A stretch of 64,000 bases of DNA from Phoronis australis. Taxonomy: Eukaryota > Animalia > Phoronida. Shown here piece after piece: positions 21,097 to 34,600 of this stretch. The number at the start of each line of letters is the position of its first letter. Positions within the stretch are counted from its first letter, which is position 1. The DNA lies in assembly GCA_002633005.1 (NCBI GenBank), contig NMRA01000194.1:623074-687073 (forward strand). The letters run 5' to 3'. The position numbers were made by a program, and so were the translations under genes. The notes below the pieces were generated by a model that saw only the letters and a program-made list of their open reading frames with translations, had not been told where the DNA came from and did no database searches.

Positions 21097-22538
21097 AGGC
21101 GAAGGCAACCTTTTTTCGTGTCACTTTTAGCAAAAATAAGGTCTGTTAATTATCCCAGACATATTTTTCACTTAATTACAGCTTTTCGTATTTTAATTAA
21201 TTTCTCGTCCTCTACTCTGGAAGTGACGTTTTGGGAGGCAAGAATTTCGCGCCAATTTCTTTTCATATAGTCTGACTATGAGAGCAGTCGAGTCAGTCAT
21301 TGTTACACCTCGGTCGTGATAAGTTCGGTCGTCGTTTGCGTTTGTTTACGAGTCAGTCAACATGTCACACTGTTGCTGCGTATCAGGATGTACTCAGCAT
21401 CGTCTCAAACGCGCTTTGGGTACCTTGCATCGCTTTCCGAAGGATGACACACTTCGCCGTACTTGGCTAGCTCGCTCGTGTGAAGAACGCAGCGCTACCC
21501 GTTCACCCAACGTACACAGTTGATTTGTGTCAGACAAGCAACGTGTTTAGCAATCAGCCATATTTATTACTCGAAAACTATCCCTCACCAAACACACTGA
21601 GAGATGCTGCCACCTGGCGAGCATCGCACACATTAACAGTACAAAGCAGTGGCAAGCATTTTCAGCCGCCAGATTACGACAAAGATATGTAGGCTGAATT
21701 GATGAAGGTCCCTGTGAAACAACGCCTGAAGAAGGGTTCCATAGCGTCGCTGTTGATTCCTGGCAGTGCCCCGTCGCCACCCCCGAGAAGTGCGTTTTTG
21801 AAGCGAGAAGCCTCGCGAGCTGTGGCCACTATATACTGTGACTAGAGGCACTTCATCTACTGTCACCCATGCCTCCGAACATAACCCATGGCGTGCAATT
21901 CCAGGAACTAGTAGTGATTCCCCGTGTGCTGTTGTCTCTAGCCCAGAGCCTGTAAGTAGCCCTGCAGCGATGTTGAGTAGTGGGAGTGCCAATACAGGCC
22001 CAGTTTGACACCCAGTGAAAAGGACAGTTCGTCATCCAATGAACAGATCGGTGAGCCTACGTTTGATAAGTTTATTGTTGACTTGTATTGGAGCTACTTA
22101 GAAGGTGCCACGTGTGTGACGAGGGAGTCGCACGGCGTAATGTTAGCAGTTTGGGTGCTCAAGTCACCATCCACTGGGAGTGCGTCGCGGGACACTCGGG
22201 CAAGTGGGACAGTTCTTCCTCTGTACGTGAGACGATAATGAGTACATCTCGGTACGCAGCAACAGCGTGGCATGTTGACTGACTCGTAAACATAAGCAAA
22301 CGACGACCGAACTTATCACAACCGAGGTAGAACAATGACTGACTCGACTGCTCTCGCAGTCAGACTGTATGAAAAGAAATTGGCGCGAAATTCTTGCCTC
22401 CCAAAACGTCACTTCCGGAGTAGACGACGAGTAATTAATTAAATTACGAAAAGCTGTAATTAAGTGACAAATATGTCTGGGATAATCAACTGACCTTATT
22501 TGTGCTAAAAGTGACATGAAAAAAGGTTGCCTTCGCCT
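21097..22538 (+). mobile_element. Kolobok-type DNA transposon derivative with THAP-domain transposase 5' fragment
   Basis: TTAA TSD (21093-96, 22539-42), AG...CT termini, about 300-bp TIRs; ORF from 21362 MSHCCCVSGC...LHRFPKD...W and later KHF...LKKGSIASL (THAP); CHVC...CVAGH...W.S Zn motif at 22088-22230. Confidence 0.85.
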
Positions 22539-23908
22539 TTAAGACTCTTCCGTGCAGTACAGATGAATGTGAACGAGGATTCAGCGAAATGAATCGGATT
22601 GTTACAGATGAACTCTCTTGTTTGTTATTAGAAACTACCTCCAACTCGCTGTTTGGAAAGGTCAATGGTCCCTCGCATTCCATGTTCGACCCACAACCTT
22701 AAGCCAAAACGTGGATGATTCGACAACATGGAACTGCTGATAGTTCTTAGTCCAGATAGTCATGTAACTTGAAAAAGACCAGTACTGCAGACAAAGTTGG
22801 AGGATTCTGGGACCATCATGTAAAGCCCTCTATCTTTGAACTGGTCACTACTACCTGGTGTTTTACTAACTTTAAAATTAAACGAAAAATAAGAGCACCT
22901 GCTAGCATGAAAACCCTACTTCAAGTTTGGGCATTATATATGAGTGCACAAGGTGTTTCAGCTCTGTAAAACATCAGTGCTTGTGTAGCATCGTGTTTGT
23001 GTAACTAGTCTTTGAAGCGGACGGAGTAAATAACATGTTCGCCGAGTAATGAAATTTTTTATTAATATTGAACATAAAGTAACAATTATGGTGTCATACC
23101 ACAGGCGGATTAAGGGGGCTGGAACCGAAGAGCCCCGAGGACATACCCCACTGCGACCAAAAAAACGCCGCCAGCATATCGTGTCTGGGCGTTACGCGCC
23201 TATTTTCCTTCAAAATTGTGTTTGGCCCCCCCTTCAGAGATCGGTTGGAATGCACACTGACTTTTGCCTTCCTGCATGTGTGGTTGGATCCCTTTCGGCG
23301 ACATCCTAGATTCAGCAATGCAGATTTGAAGTAAATACCCACTCGTGAGTTAAAAAATAGGCCTACATGTTTGTGAGTCAGGTTTTGCGAATGCGCTTTT
23401 AAAATTGAGTTCTCGAGGTGATACGGTGGGCATTGGGCGCATACTTACCTCTAATTCTACCACTACAGCACTGCCCTTGAGAAATCCGCCCACGACCCGA
23501 AGCGCATTCCGTAGAAGAAAAACGGTCACGAGTAAAGCTTTGCTTTACTGCATTGCGATATTTCGGGCCATCTAGCAGTTTTCTCGCAAGAAACTGCTTC
23601 CACGGGAAACGACCTTAATCTGTTCCAATGGCGACCATGTTGCTGCCGTTTGGCAAGTGAGCGTAGTCGTTTAGGCCTACTCGAGAAGCACGGGTGAAAT
23701 GTTTTTTTTATTCATGTAAGAACTTCAAATGTATTTCATTTAACTCTTGCAACTGTAGTTTTCTATTTAAAATCGCCGCTTTTTGGAACCCATTCATGGC
23801 ACGTGAAAATTGTATAATTAACATGCTATAGTCCTATTCTTCGGCATAGTGTCATCTCACTTAGAGAGAGAGGGAGAGAGGGAGAGAGTTGTTGTACCAA
23901 TATTATAT

Positions 23909-25709
23909 TTATTTCAAGTAGTACGTGGAATACCCATACTGTGAAGCTACAACTAATCCTATGAAAAGAAAAACTACGGTGAAGGCTATACCGGCTATAC
24001 TAATATCTCTGGATAGTTGGCCCTTGCTGGCGGCGCCTTCGAGGTCCCCGTCAAAGTAGGCGTGGTCTGACATATATGAGAAGCAGACGGCAGCAAGTCC
24101 AAACGGAAGGTTTACACACATGGCGACTAAAATGGCGAGGAACATGTAGTTTGGAGGTCGCGGTGAAATATCGTCAGATAATAATGACGGAACCTGCAAT
24201 ATCAAAGACAGCATTTATGCAACAATAGTCGCTTTCCAATATTAACCAAGCACAGAATTAAACAAACAATTAACATTGGAATCGCATGTTCGCGAATAAC
24301 AGAGTGTGTCCACTTGAGGTTAAAGCAATCATAACTGGTCAAGGCAAATCGCAAATTGTATGCAGCTTACTAAAAATGTACGATTCAGAATCAAGACTGT
24401 TATTCTAACTGAGATAGGTAAAAGCTCTCATAAATTTAAGTGTAGTACATAAAGGTATAATTTGACATATAATTCTTGGTCATTGGTTCGACTTGGGGAC
24501 GGAAAGTTTTGAAAAACTGTGATGGTGAAAAGTAGGCAAGCTTTTTACAAAGAAACGTTCAAAAAGTAGTGAAGTAACACGCCATGCAGACGTATAAATT
24601 GTAGTGTACTATGAGTTTTGCATTGCACATACTTAAGAAGCGTTTTAAAAACCACCGAAGGGTTTACATCTACTTGGACTGATTATGTATCGTCGTGGCA
24701 TGCGTGTCAGCATAGGCGGATTTAGGGGAGAGGCCCAGGGGGCCCTCCCCCCCTTGGCTGCCGCAAAAAAAATAAAACAGCAAGAGCGTAGGGAAATGTT
24801 GAGTTTACTAATTAACCCAGGTATGTACGGATGAAACAAGATTTAAATGTGTGCAGTTTTAGTGTTGGGGGTGGTGTAGTGGTAAAGCACGCGCGCTCTA
24901 TTCGCTAGGTCGTGAGTTCGAGTCTGTGGAATGTGCATTTTTTCCTGTTTGACACGTTCTTCATTTTTGTTTTTTTTTGCTTTATTTTTCTTGGATAATA
25001 CTTTAGGAATCAAGGAAAATGTTTGATTTTTAGAGGAAAAAACAGAAAAATTTCCCCATCCGGACCTCCCCCCATTCGGTGCTATACGCATCAACAATCG
25101 TGGTTGGCGCAAATGCTTACAGCCGGACAAAATGTTGGGCCCCCCTTGTGATATCCTAGATCCGCCACTGGTCAAGATGCCTACACTGTGAATATATGAT
25201 ATCTTGTCGTTTTCAAAACGCTATACTGAGTATATTTTGATACCACAGGTACTTGCATAACTATTTGGGTTATTTTAAGTCAAGCTATAAAGCGACACGG
25301 GTGCCGGATTTTGACATTCTTCTCATCGCAGTGGCGGATTTGAGGGGGGGGGGCAAGGGGGCCAAGGCCACCCTAAAATTCTCCCAATTCCTATTTGGCA
25401 GTTCGGGGGTGCGAATGTCTAACGGGCAAAATCCTGGCTAATATACTCTGCCCTGGCCCCCCTAACTTAAAATCCTGGATCCGCCCCTGTACTGTAACGC
25501 CGGGATATGTGTTAACAAAAGATTTGATTTTTTGGCAATTATGGACGAAAACGTATCGTCAATGCTATTATGTCGGTAATTCGCATACGTGTTACTGTTT
25601 CGCTCACCTGCAGATAAATGAAACCAGTTTTGGGGCTTGTCGTCGGCGGTTGTTTCCGGCCGCTCGCCGGAGGTGGCTTTGTCGTTGTAGTTGTTGTTTG
25701 AGTCGACAT
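23909..25709 (-). CDS. Dispanin/CD225 family (PRRT1/IFITM-like) small membrane protein, paralogue 1, 128 aa
   Basis: Exon 1 25709-25608 (ATG, MSTQTTTTTTKPPPASGRKQPPTTSPKTGFIYLQ, donor GTGAGC), phase-0 intron, exon 2 24193-23909 (ttgcag acceptor; RPPNYMFLAILVAMCVNLPFGLAAVCFS...GDLEGAASKGQLSRDISIAGI + TM). Matches the CD225 pattern P.NY..LAI...C...P.G..A..FS......GD..GA. Confidence 0.88.
24711..25170 (+). mobile_element. MITE family B (short copy) inside the dispanin-1 intron
   Basis: Ends cataggcggatttagg / tagatccgccactg; flanks gtcag/gtcaa; aligns with 10494-11428 but lacks about 450 bp of its interior. Confidence 0.8.
25329..25489. mobile_element. MITE family A, second copy (inverted relative to 4018-4177)
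   Basis: cagtggcggattt...ggatccgcccctg; interior is the reverse complement of the 4018 copy. Confidence 0.8.
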
Positions 25710-26260
25710 CTACAAAAAACAGTCTGCGACATTCGATATTTTCGGAATTACAAATCAAACGTTCATTACAGTCAATTCCTGCTTTCTCAAATACTTGTAC
25801 ACTCCACTCTTTAAAATGTCTGTGCGCAAGCTGAAGACTTTTTACGGGTCACGGATCGATACTGACGCAAATCAGTGACAAACCATGGGACGGCAATAAC
25901 CGACGATCGTCAAAATTACATTTACGGTTTTGTTTATGACGTCATCAGTGCAGGGATTAAAAATCAAATTATAAATGGCATGGAATATAAATAGGTAAAT
26001 AAAACAACAAGAATGGATCAACTGAAATTTTCGGATATAATAACGTCCTTTGTCAACAGAAACCGAATTATGAACGAAGAGTTGGCGATGATAAAGATTT
26101 CGGTAACTTCACATGCTTAGCTAACAGGGCTTAATTGTATTGTTGTCGACTACTTGTTATGTAACGAGTCCTTCATTACTGACGTCTCACATTTTTGTGT
26201 TGATGAAAGAGTTGATTTGGATCACCTACCGTTATAATGTTCACTTTATGCTAGTGTTCA

Positions 26261-29200
26261 GGGTGTTCCATCGAAATTGGAATCCCGGTGTAAAGCGGAT
26301 ATCCCGGAGTCGAAAACAGACCCCAGCACCTTCAAAACAACTACCACCTCGAAAAACACGAACCCCGACTGTTAAAACAGAAAGCCCGGGGATCGGACGG
26401 GAAACCCGGACAATTTTTCAATTTTTTAAGACTATATCAGTAGCCTCAAACTTTAAGTTAAAGCATCTTCAAGTACTCTCCAGTTGTTTTCTGCATTTGT
26501 TTGTACAAAATGTTAACAAACGTAACTTATATTATATTGACTTCTTTATTTGATTTTTATCTGTAAAATTCGTGCAACTTGTCTGTGGGCGAATTTCAAC
26601 ATAGTCTTTTCTCTCAAAACGTTGTATTCTCGGTGATTTAGTTAATTTCACATTATTATAGTTTCTCCAAAATATTTTCAAAAACGCTTTTCGAGTGCTA
26701 TTGTTGATTAATTCCTTTAACTATCTTTATAATTGGCCGTATTTTAGGGTCCGTCGATTAACTTATCGAGAGTACATTATTTCCGGTACAAACAATATCC
26801 GGATTTTGAAATGGATCGCGAGAATTATTCACTCAAATGACCTGCACTGTCAACAGTTTCACCGTTCTTGCCTTCAAAAAGTGTACTTCCAACTCTTCAT
26901 CGATCATTAAATCGGAATTCAGTGGAGTCGGAATTTCTAAACTCAACGCATTCACCCTCTTGGCAGATCACTGCTGGAAAATTTGTTCCGAAATTCGAAA
27001 GCTTGTAACGAAATGAAATCAGTTTCAACATGTGGAAAATTTCTCGCTTACACTGGTGACCGCTCTGATTCCCTAAGCCCCAGACAACTTTTACGATGCC
27101 TATTCAGCACGCCCATTGTATTGATGTAGATCTGAGCTAATGAAGTGGAAAGGTAATTGCTAGCATTACTATCTCAACAATGGTTGTTGTTAGTACCCCC
27201 GCTTTTGTTTTCTCTGACACTTGCAGTCATAGCCTGCATCTTTGGAGACTAATTTTTACTTGGTACATTATAAATATTACGAAATGACTAAAAAGGTTAA
27301 CTTGTGTTTATCTTCACAAAGGGACACTTCCCAAAGGAACGATCAGTTTCATATTGGTTTTCTATACAATTTTTAATGCTTCTGCCCACTTGTTTTTTTT
27401 TTTCTTACCGGAAACGGGTTGATAATTTTTTACCTAAGTTTTGAACTTGAAGTATCAAAACAGTGGTACCGTAGATTTTGATCGCCAGCTAAACTTAGTC
27501 CTTTTGCGACTTTATAACAAACGCGAGATTATGTGAGAGTTAACTGTGACGTCACGGGAAATGGGGCAAAAGCTTGTCGTTTGGTCATTTGCCCAATACG
27601 GCAGCAGAGTGTATTCTGTTATTTTCTTCGAGTTTTTAGCCGTTTAGTTAAAACAAAAATGCCAAACAAGCATTGCTGTTATGGCAAATAAAATTCAGAT
27701 TCGCACTACAATACGTTCTATCGCGCTCTGTACTACATTTCGTCCGGTGTATTTTAAACGGGCGGTAGGCGAAATCCGCTCACTGATTAAGTGTTCACCT
27801 CGTCAAAAATACATTCTACACCTAAAATTATCACCTAAAAAGGCGCTTACTTTCTTCAGCGATCCTTTCTGCTTCTAAACATATCTTCGATGAAGCATAG
27901 CTACGGGAATTCAGGTGACCTTGGCGAAGAATTCCAACTCCACTTAGTAGTTACTGTAAACTTTAACCGCACGCGCGATACCCACAAAGTATTTCAACTG
28001 AGTGAAGTGAATATGAGGCAAAGGCTAGCGCGAGACTGAGCGAAACGCGAAACCTGGCGCGTGACACTTGCAAAGTAGCATGAGAAAATATCAAGTGAAA
28101 TTTGTAAGAGTTGTGTCCCTTGGACTTTTTGTTCGTCAGCAGTCGTGATTTCACGTAACTGCCTCAAAATGGCGCCCGGTGAGAGGAACTCGAGCGAACC
28201 GCGAGGTTTTCATGGATATGTTCAAGTTATTTGTAGTTGTATCCAGAGTCAGGATATGTGTTAATTAAAACTCCATGTGCACATATGCATGTTTCATATG
28301 ATTTTATTTGGTGTATTTTGAAGTGAGTAACTTTTTATGGGGATATACTATCGCCCCTGTAAAGCTGTATGCATGCGGCATTCAGGCCTAGACCTGGCGT
28401 GCGTCCAGTAGACGTTAGGGCCTACGCCAGGACCTAGCTAAAACCTAGTCAAAGTCACGTGTTCTCATTTAAAATGCACGGCAATATCTCACGTAATCTC
28501 GCGAAGTCTTGCTTTTTGGTGAGGTCTTAGCGTTACTGAACGGGAGGCGGGTTGAGTTCCAATTTCAGTCCGTTCACAGCTTCGCACAACATAATAAATT
28601 CACATTTTCTTCGTCCATAACGTTTTAAGCGTAAAATTCACCATAAAAACTCCAGTAAATTTAGCGTGTGTAGCAAAGACTCGGGGCAAAACAAGGGCAA
28701 TATGGCGGGTTTTGCCCCCCTCCCGGTGACGTCACATTGACTAGCGAGAAACTCGCGGCAAGTGAGCTATTGTGAGCCCATCCCTAAACTTATCACATTA
28801 CAGGTATAACTAAACATTTCACGTGTCATTAAAGTTTAATCTTTATTAGAACTCAAATCATAAAATATATACAAAAATGCAAATATGGTGATAACCAGGC
28901 TGAAGATTTGGAATCTCTGGACAATTTCGGTGGCACTGATTATATAACTATTATAGCTCTTTGTCAGTAATAAAAATGAAAAGTGGGCACAACAACTGTT
29001 TCCTGGTAAAAAATCTGGTTAAACGAGATTGAAAGAATATTAAAGAATGAATCAATGTGATATTGTTAACTCTGATCAGCGTTTGTATATCCACCGAGTA
29101 TATCAATACGCGCGGTAGTTTATCTTCAATCGTACCCAATGGTTGTAGTTTTTAGATTATAAGTTCATCGATTTTTAAAAATCGAAAACCGTACTTGATT

Positions 29201-29606
29201 GTTTTTTTCAGCTGAATACCGCCGCGGTGTTCGTTTATAACGAAAATTAGTGGTTAATGCATTTTGAAAATTCGCCATTATGTACAGTCAGAGAAGTTTA
29301 ATACAGTTTATGGTCGGATAATTACATTTAATTGGGCCTTGCTCGCATCGGGCAAATTCCGGCGCAGTGCTCTCTTTGATCCTGGTACAAGCCGCTCAGA
29401 AGGACGAGCGGTGAAATTTCCCGCACATCTTTAGCCCCGGCAGAATAACGCTATAGAACACAAATCGTTTGTTCTATGACTGCTTTTCATTGGTCTGGGT
29501 TTTCTAAATTTGCGTTTTCTCTGTCTGCGTTTTCTGGGTCTGCGGGTTTTAGCTCTGCGAGGTCTACGTGGTCAGACTTTTCAGGGTCTGGGATTTCGAG
29601 ACACCC
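26261..29606. mobile_element. Possible non-autonomous DNA transposon (ISL2EU-like GGGTGT termini with subterminal repeats)
   Basis: gggtgttccatcgaaat.. with aaacagaccc-type repeats at the left; gggtctg/gggttt repeats then ..atttcgagacaccc at the right. No coding capacity seen. Confidence 0.4.
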
Positions 29607-31612
29607 TATCTGTTACCTCTCTGCACTCTGCCCATATGATGGGCTTCTAGTGTCATCGGAGTAAGGCGAACTTGTGGAAAACATGATCTTGATATAACTG
29701 AGCTCCTGCAGATGTGCGATCAACTGTTGTTAACGTAAATGAGCTTTTGTTGATGCACCCACCTTTGAATTATTGTATTTTTCAAAATATCACTTCACAC
29801 CTTACTTTGTACATACTGGTGTGCACTTGTACCTGTTCTTCTCATGACTCGGGTGGACTCGTGCCACGTGCTTTTAGTGTGTCCGTCGTCCATTCTTAAA
29901 GTCCTTCTCTCACGCGTTGTTAACCCTTATTACATGGTTAGAAGATGTTCTAAGGATCCAAGAAGTACCTACCCCATAACTAATACACGATCCGTACACG
30001 AAAACAGTTTAAATGAACGCGCCACTCACGATTCGCACCCGAAGAAACACCGCCATTTTGAACTTGCCGCGAACACGGAAGTACAATTCATTCAGGAACC
30101 CAGGCCGAGAAAACGCCGTCAGTGCGACTGGAGCAGTGCCTGTACTGTTACCAGCCAGCAAACGGGGATAAAAGATCGACAGCGCGCCTTAATTTTGATG
30201 AAATCAAACTACGGACAATTTTATGGAATTTGCTGAAGAAATGTGGCGAATAAATTTTGACAGAAATTATTTTGCCAGACTCGGGACCGCAGCCTATCGG
30301 ACCCGGTGCGGATCGAGACCAAACACTGGCAAACGGTAAATGCATGCGGTTGCAAGCTGTTTTGTCGAAGTAAAATGGTTAAATGATAAATGCTGCATAT
30401 ATTCAAGGGTAGTTTCAGACACGTGCATGAAATTACGGGCTGGTTAGTCTTGTGTCACACTGCCGCGGCAGACCTTAGTTAGCCTCAGTCACCAGCTACC
30501 AGTGAAGACTATAGTCAAAATACACCTTGTTAGTAGGCATATACAGCTTTGCGCCAAGACTACCCTTAGGCCTAACTGGTCGCTGGCCACAAACACAAAA
30601 ACAAGAAAATTGAACAAAGTTTCTTTTTTGTAGCAACGTTTGTCAAAATGTATCAACGTTAAATCATCACAAATTACAAAGTAGCCGATTGAACATGCCT
30701 TTCAGTTCAGCAAAAGTCGACATTGTAGGTGCCGCCAGAAATAAGACGAAGTCCAACTGGAATTGTGAGCACATTTATCACTTAATGAGTAAGAACTGCG
30801 AGGCTGAAATTTGGTGAACACTGTTAAATCGTGCAGAATAGTAAGTAAAGATATGTCTAACTAAATTTCACCGTAATTTGTTGGCGAAAACAATTTACAC
30901 AAAGTTTTAAACTCGTAACTCATCCCGCTGTCCTCCAATATGGCCGACGCGATCCAAACAAAGTGACCCAAATTTCGCCACAAAACTTGCAATAACTTTA
31001 CAGTGCTTGCCCCGATTTTGATACTTTTTCGATTTTTACTGAGTAGAATGTACTACCTTTCCGATGATAGCAAAGTACTTTTTCAAAACGAGGAAAAAAA
31101 TAAAACCGAAAAAAATTGGTTCGACCCATATTGGTTCCTAGGTTCGACCGGCCTACGTAAGGAACTAAACACCAATGCTATTTTAACATACTAAGTACGC
31201 GTAACATTCCAAAAAAATCAACGACCACTAACTACAAACTATAAATACACTACATATGCAAACGAATCACGATATATTACTAATAAAACAAAATAATGAA
31301 GACTTTTCGAGCAAGCCATAGCACATTCAGTTACAAGGAAAAAATGGCGGCGTTCAGGACAAGTTCCTGAACTGATGAGCCGGAAATGTGGGTACGGAAA
31401 TAACCGATGACAACCGGTAATCATACGCTCAGAGAGAAGGGTCAAATACTGTTAAAAAATCGCTTTTGGTAAGAAAGGCGAAAAGAATATAAAGAAAGGG
31501 TGTCGAAAATAAGAATTTATGTAGTAAGTATTTTCGGATACTGGAACCACATGGGCAGTTTGCAAGAAGGACTTTAATATGTTTCAGTGTTGATCGCGGC
31601 TTAATCCTGAAT

Positions 31613-34600
31613 TAGTCCAGTCATTCTAGGGCTCCAGAGGGCCCAACCTAGAAAAAATTGCAACAGAAGGATTTTTTGCATAAATGGCATCTTCAAACAT
31701 CCCTTGGTGTCAGAAAAAAAATCTACCGAAATCGGAGTGGCGGAAGTCGGTTTTTCAAGAAAGCGGAAAAAATGGCCGACAAAACCGGTGTTTACTATTT
31801 TCTGGCATATTACTCTTATGCAACAGCTAAAAATAAAACAATAAAGTTTGTCATTGATTATATATTTTTCATAACAGGCATACCAATCAAAAGATGCCAA
31901 TTTTCCGTAAAATAAAACCAATATGGCCGACAAAATGGCGGCCGAAACGGCAATTTGGTACATGTTGCAAGATTTCTTTTTATATTTTGCCCTGAAAATG
32001 GCAAAAGTTTTATTCTTTTGTAAGTTAGACAATTGAAAATATCTGGACCTTACAATTGGTCACTGGTTTGCGAGAAAAAATCAAGATGGCTGACAAAATG
32101 GCCGCCAAAATGGCTGCCGATTCACAAACCCCAATTTACCGCATTTACGTTCTGCAAACTTTGTTTGTAACCTGATACGCATTTACACAAAAACATTTTA
32201 CAGTCTACAGTCAGGGTTAATGAGTTGATTGTTTCTATAATTTGTTTTTAAGATTAATATACTTAATGTGGAATTTTAATCACATTTTAGATTATATAAC
32301 ATAAAAGTCGGTGTGTTTTTCAGAAAAGGCTTTAGTTAAATTTTCATAATAAATTTCACAAACTCATATATTTTTCTGTAAAATATATTCATTTGAGGTA
32401 TCAAAAATAATATTTGTTAGAAAAATATGTTATTCTGGTGGAGTTATTGACTTATTCATTATACAAACCCTTAATAAAATTGGGCAGGAAGTGGATTTTT
32501 TCTCTGCTATTGGAGATATTATTAGTTGTTTCCAAGCATTGATTTCGTCTGCTGCTGGCATGTATTGAGAATTTGGCTGCTGATTTCACCTGAATTTGAT
32601 GAAAAGCAAATAGGATTGTGTAACAAAAAGTTATTAATTAAATTTTAATAGTTAGGACCCACAATTTGTTTATAATATGCATGCTTTTTATGAACATAGG
32701 TAACTGATTTTAGAGGAAATTAGTGCCTGCAAACAAAACGACAGTGATCTGCAGTCACTTGTTCTTAGCCAGGCTTGGAAGATTTCATACTGAGACGAGC
32801 TTTCTGGAATGTATTGAATACGTAATGTCAAGCACAGGGCTTCAAGGAGTTCTTGAGACGGTGTATGCATCAAACAGTGTGATCCTTATGTTAAATGGAA
32901 AAAGTGTGGATAGAGCAGTGAGGGGGCATATGTTGGTAGACTCAGCACTGAATGCTATCATAAAAGCCAGAACATTCAACATCCCACCAAATATTGACAG
33001 ATCAAGTAACGCCAATTCAAAACCAATGAAGANCTTTCCTTGCCGGCATGCTCAAGTATAAATGGTGCCATGCAGACTGTGACAAACTTGAGTTGTGAAA
33101 CAAGTCAGCAGCATAAAGAATGTACCCAGGCAAGACAGTCGCGTGACGACAAAGACATCTGCAGCCTTGTTGAATTCCTCCACAACAGTAACCCATTTTA
33201 AAGAGAAACATTACAGAACATCGCCACTGGTGTGATTGCAGGCACATGCGTCAGTGCCGAAAATGCCAGAGAAGTAGGGAAGGCGGTTCACTTGTCTATG
33301 GAGGGTTCAAGTGTGAAAGACTTCACATTCAGAAAGTTAAGACAAGGTTGTGGCAATGACAAGTCAATCAGTTCATGCTGCTAATAGTAATTTTACACAA
33401 GTGGATCCACGACTGCTACTTCAGCGAATCCTGACAGCTGCAAAAGACAACAGTGAAAGTTCATCAAGCCTTTTGAAGTTTGAGCTGTGTGTTGGTTCCC
33501 CTGTTCTTTTTGATACAACTGGTCTTCCCAGAGTCGCTAATAAATCAATATGAGCTGATGCACTCTGATCCAGTGGAGGACTACCTGAGGATTTCAATTT
33601 CCAGAAAACACGGTGATGCATGTAATCGACGGCGGTTCTCTCCTTCACCGTATTCCATGGTCTAGAGGTGCAACGTTTCAGTCATTTGGTAGAGCTTATG
33701 TGGATTACATCAGCAAGTGCACCCAGTGTACTGTTGTTTTTGATGGTTACTGAGATGGACCATCAACTAAAGATGTCTCTCATGTTCGAAGACTGAGTGG
33801 GGTAGTTGGAACTGAAGTTCACTTCAATGGTGACATGGTGATCAAGTAAAAAAGGAACATTTTTGGCAAAAAGCAAAAACAAACGAGTCACTCACTTCTT
33901 GTCAAGTTTGCTAGGAATTGCTGGTTGCACAGTGGTACAAGCTCAAGGTGACGCAGATGTTTTAATTGTAGAAACAGCAGTAGAGAACGCAGTACAAGGT
34001 CCAACTACCCTTATTGCAGACGATACAGACTTGTTGGTTCTTTTGTGTTACCATGCTACTTCAAGAGACACCAAAGCAAGAGGAGAGCCTGGGACATCAA
34101 GGAACTACAGTTGTCTCTTGGTGCCGAAACTTGCGCAGTTTTGCCATTTGCGCATGCAATAGGTGGTTGCAACACAACATTACAGCTGTTCGGTATTAGC
34201 AAAGGCTCTCCCATTCTAGAAACTGCGTGATCGAGAATTCTGCAAAAACTCTAGTAAGAGTATTCACTAGACACATGCAGCTAAAGCAAGACATATTTGA
34301 ACCTGATAAGACTTGTATCTGTGCTTCATGGCGGTACTGGGTCTGGAAATTTGGATGACTAGCGATATAGGCAATTTGTGAATGAGGTGTCAGACTAGCC
34401 ACAGTCCAAATACAGTCATTATCACCAACTTTCTTCAGTAGCTAAATTCCATGCTGCCGNCACAAATTTTGGCTCGTCAGAAGATGGAGACAGATTCTTC
34501 AGACATCTCAGACATCCCAACTGATCACATAACTAGATGTATACTATGGCGCATGCCATGCCCAGGCAGTGTCTTCCGATTCTGAACCTTGGATTACAGT

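Noticed and set aside
24868-24925. Functional tRNA gene
   Set aside because: No complete cloverleaf or acceptor stem, and it lies inside a MITE; treated as a tRNA-derived segment.
31352-31410. Hairpin TTCAGGA/TCCTGAA followed by CTGATGAG...GAAA, hammerhead-ribozyme-like
   Set aside because: No NUH cleavage triplet pairing with the post-GAAA strand, and stem II is not properly closed.
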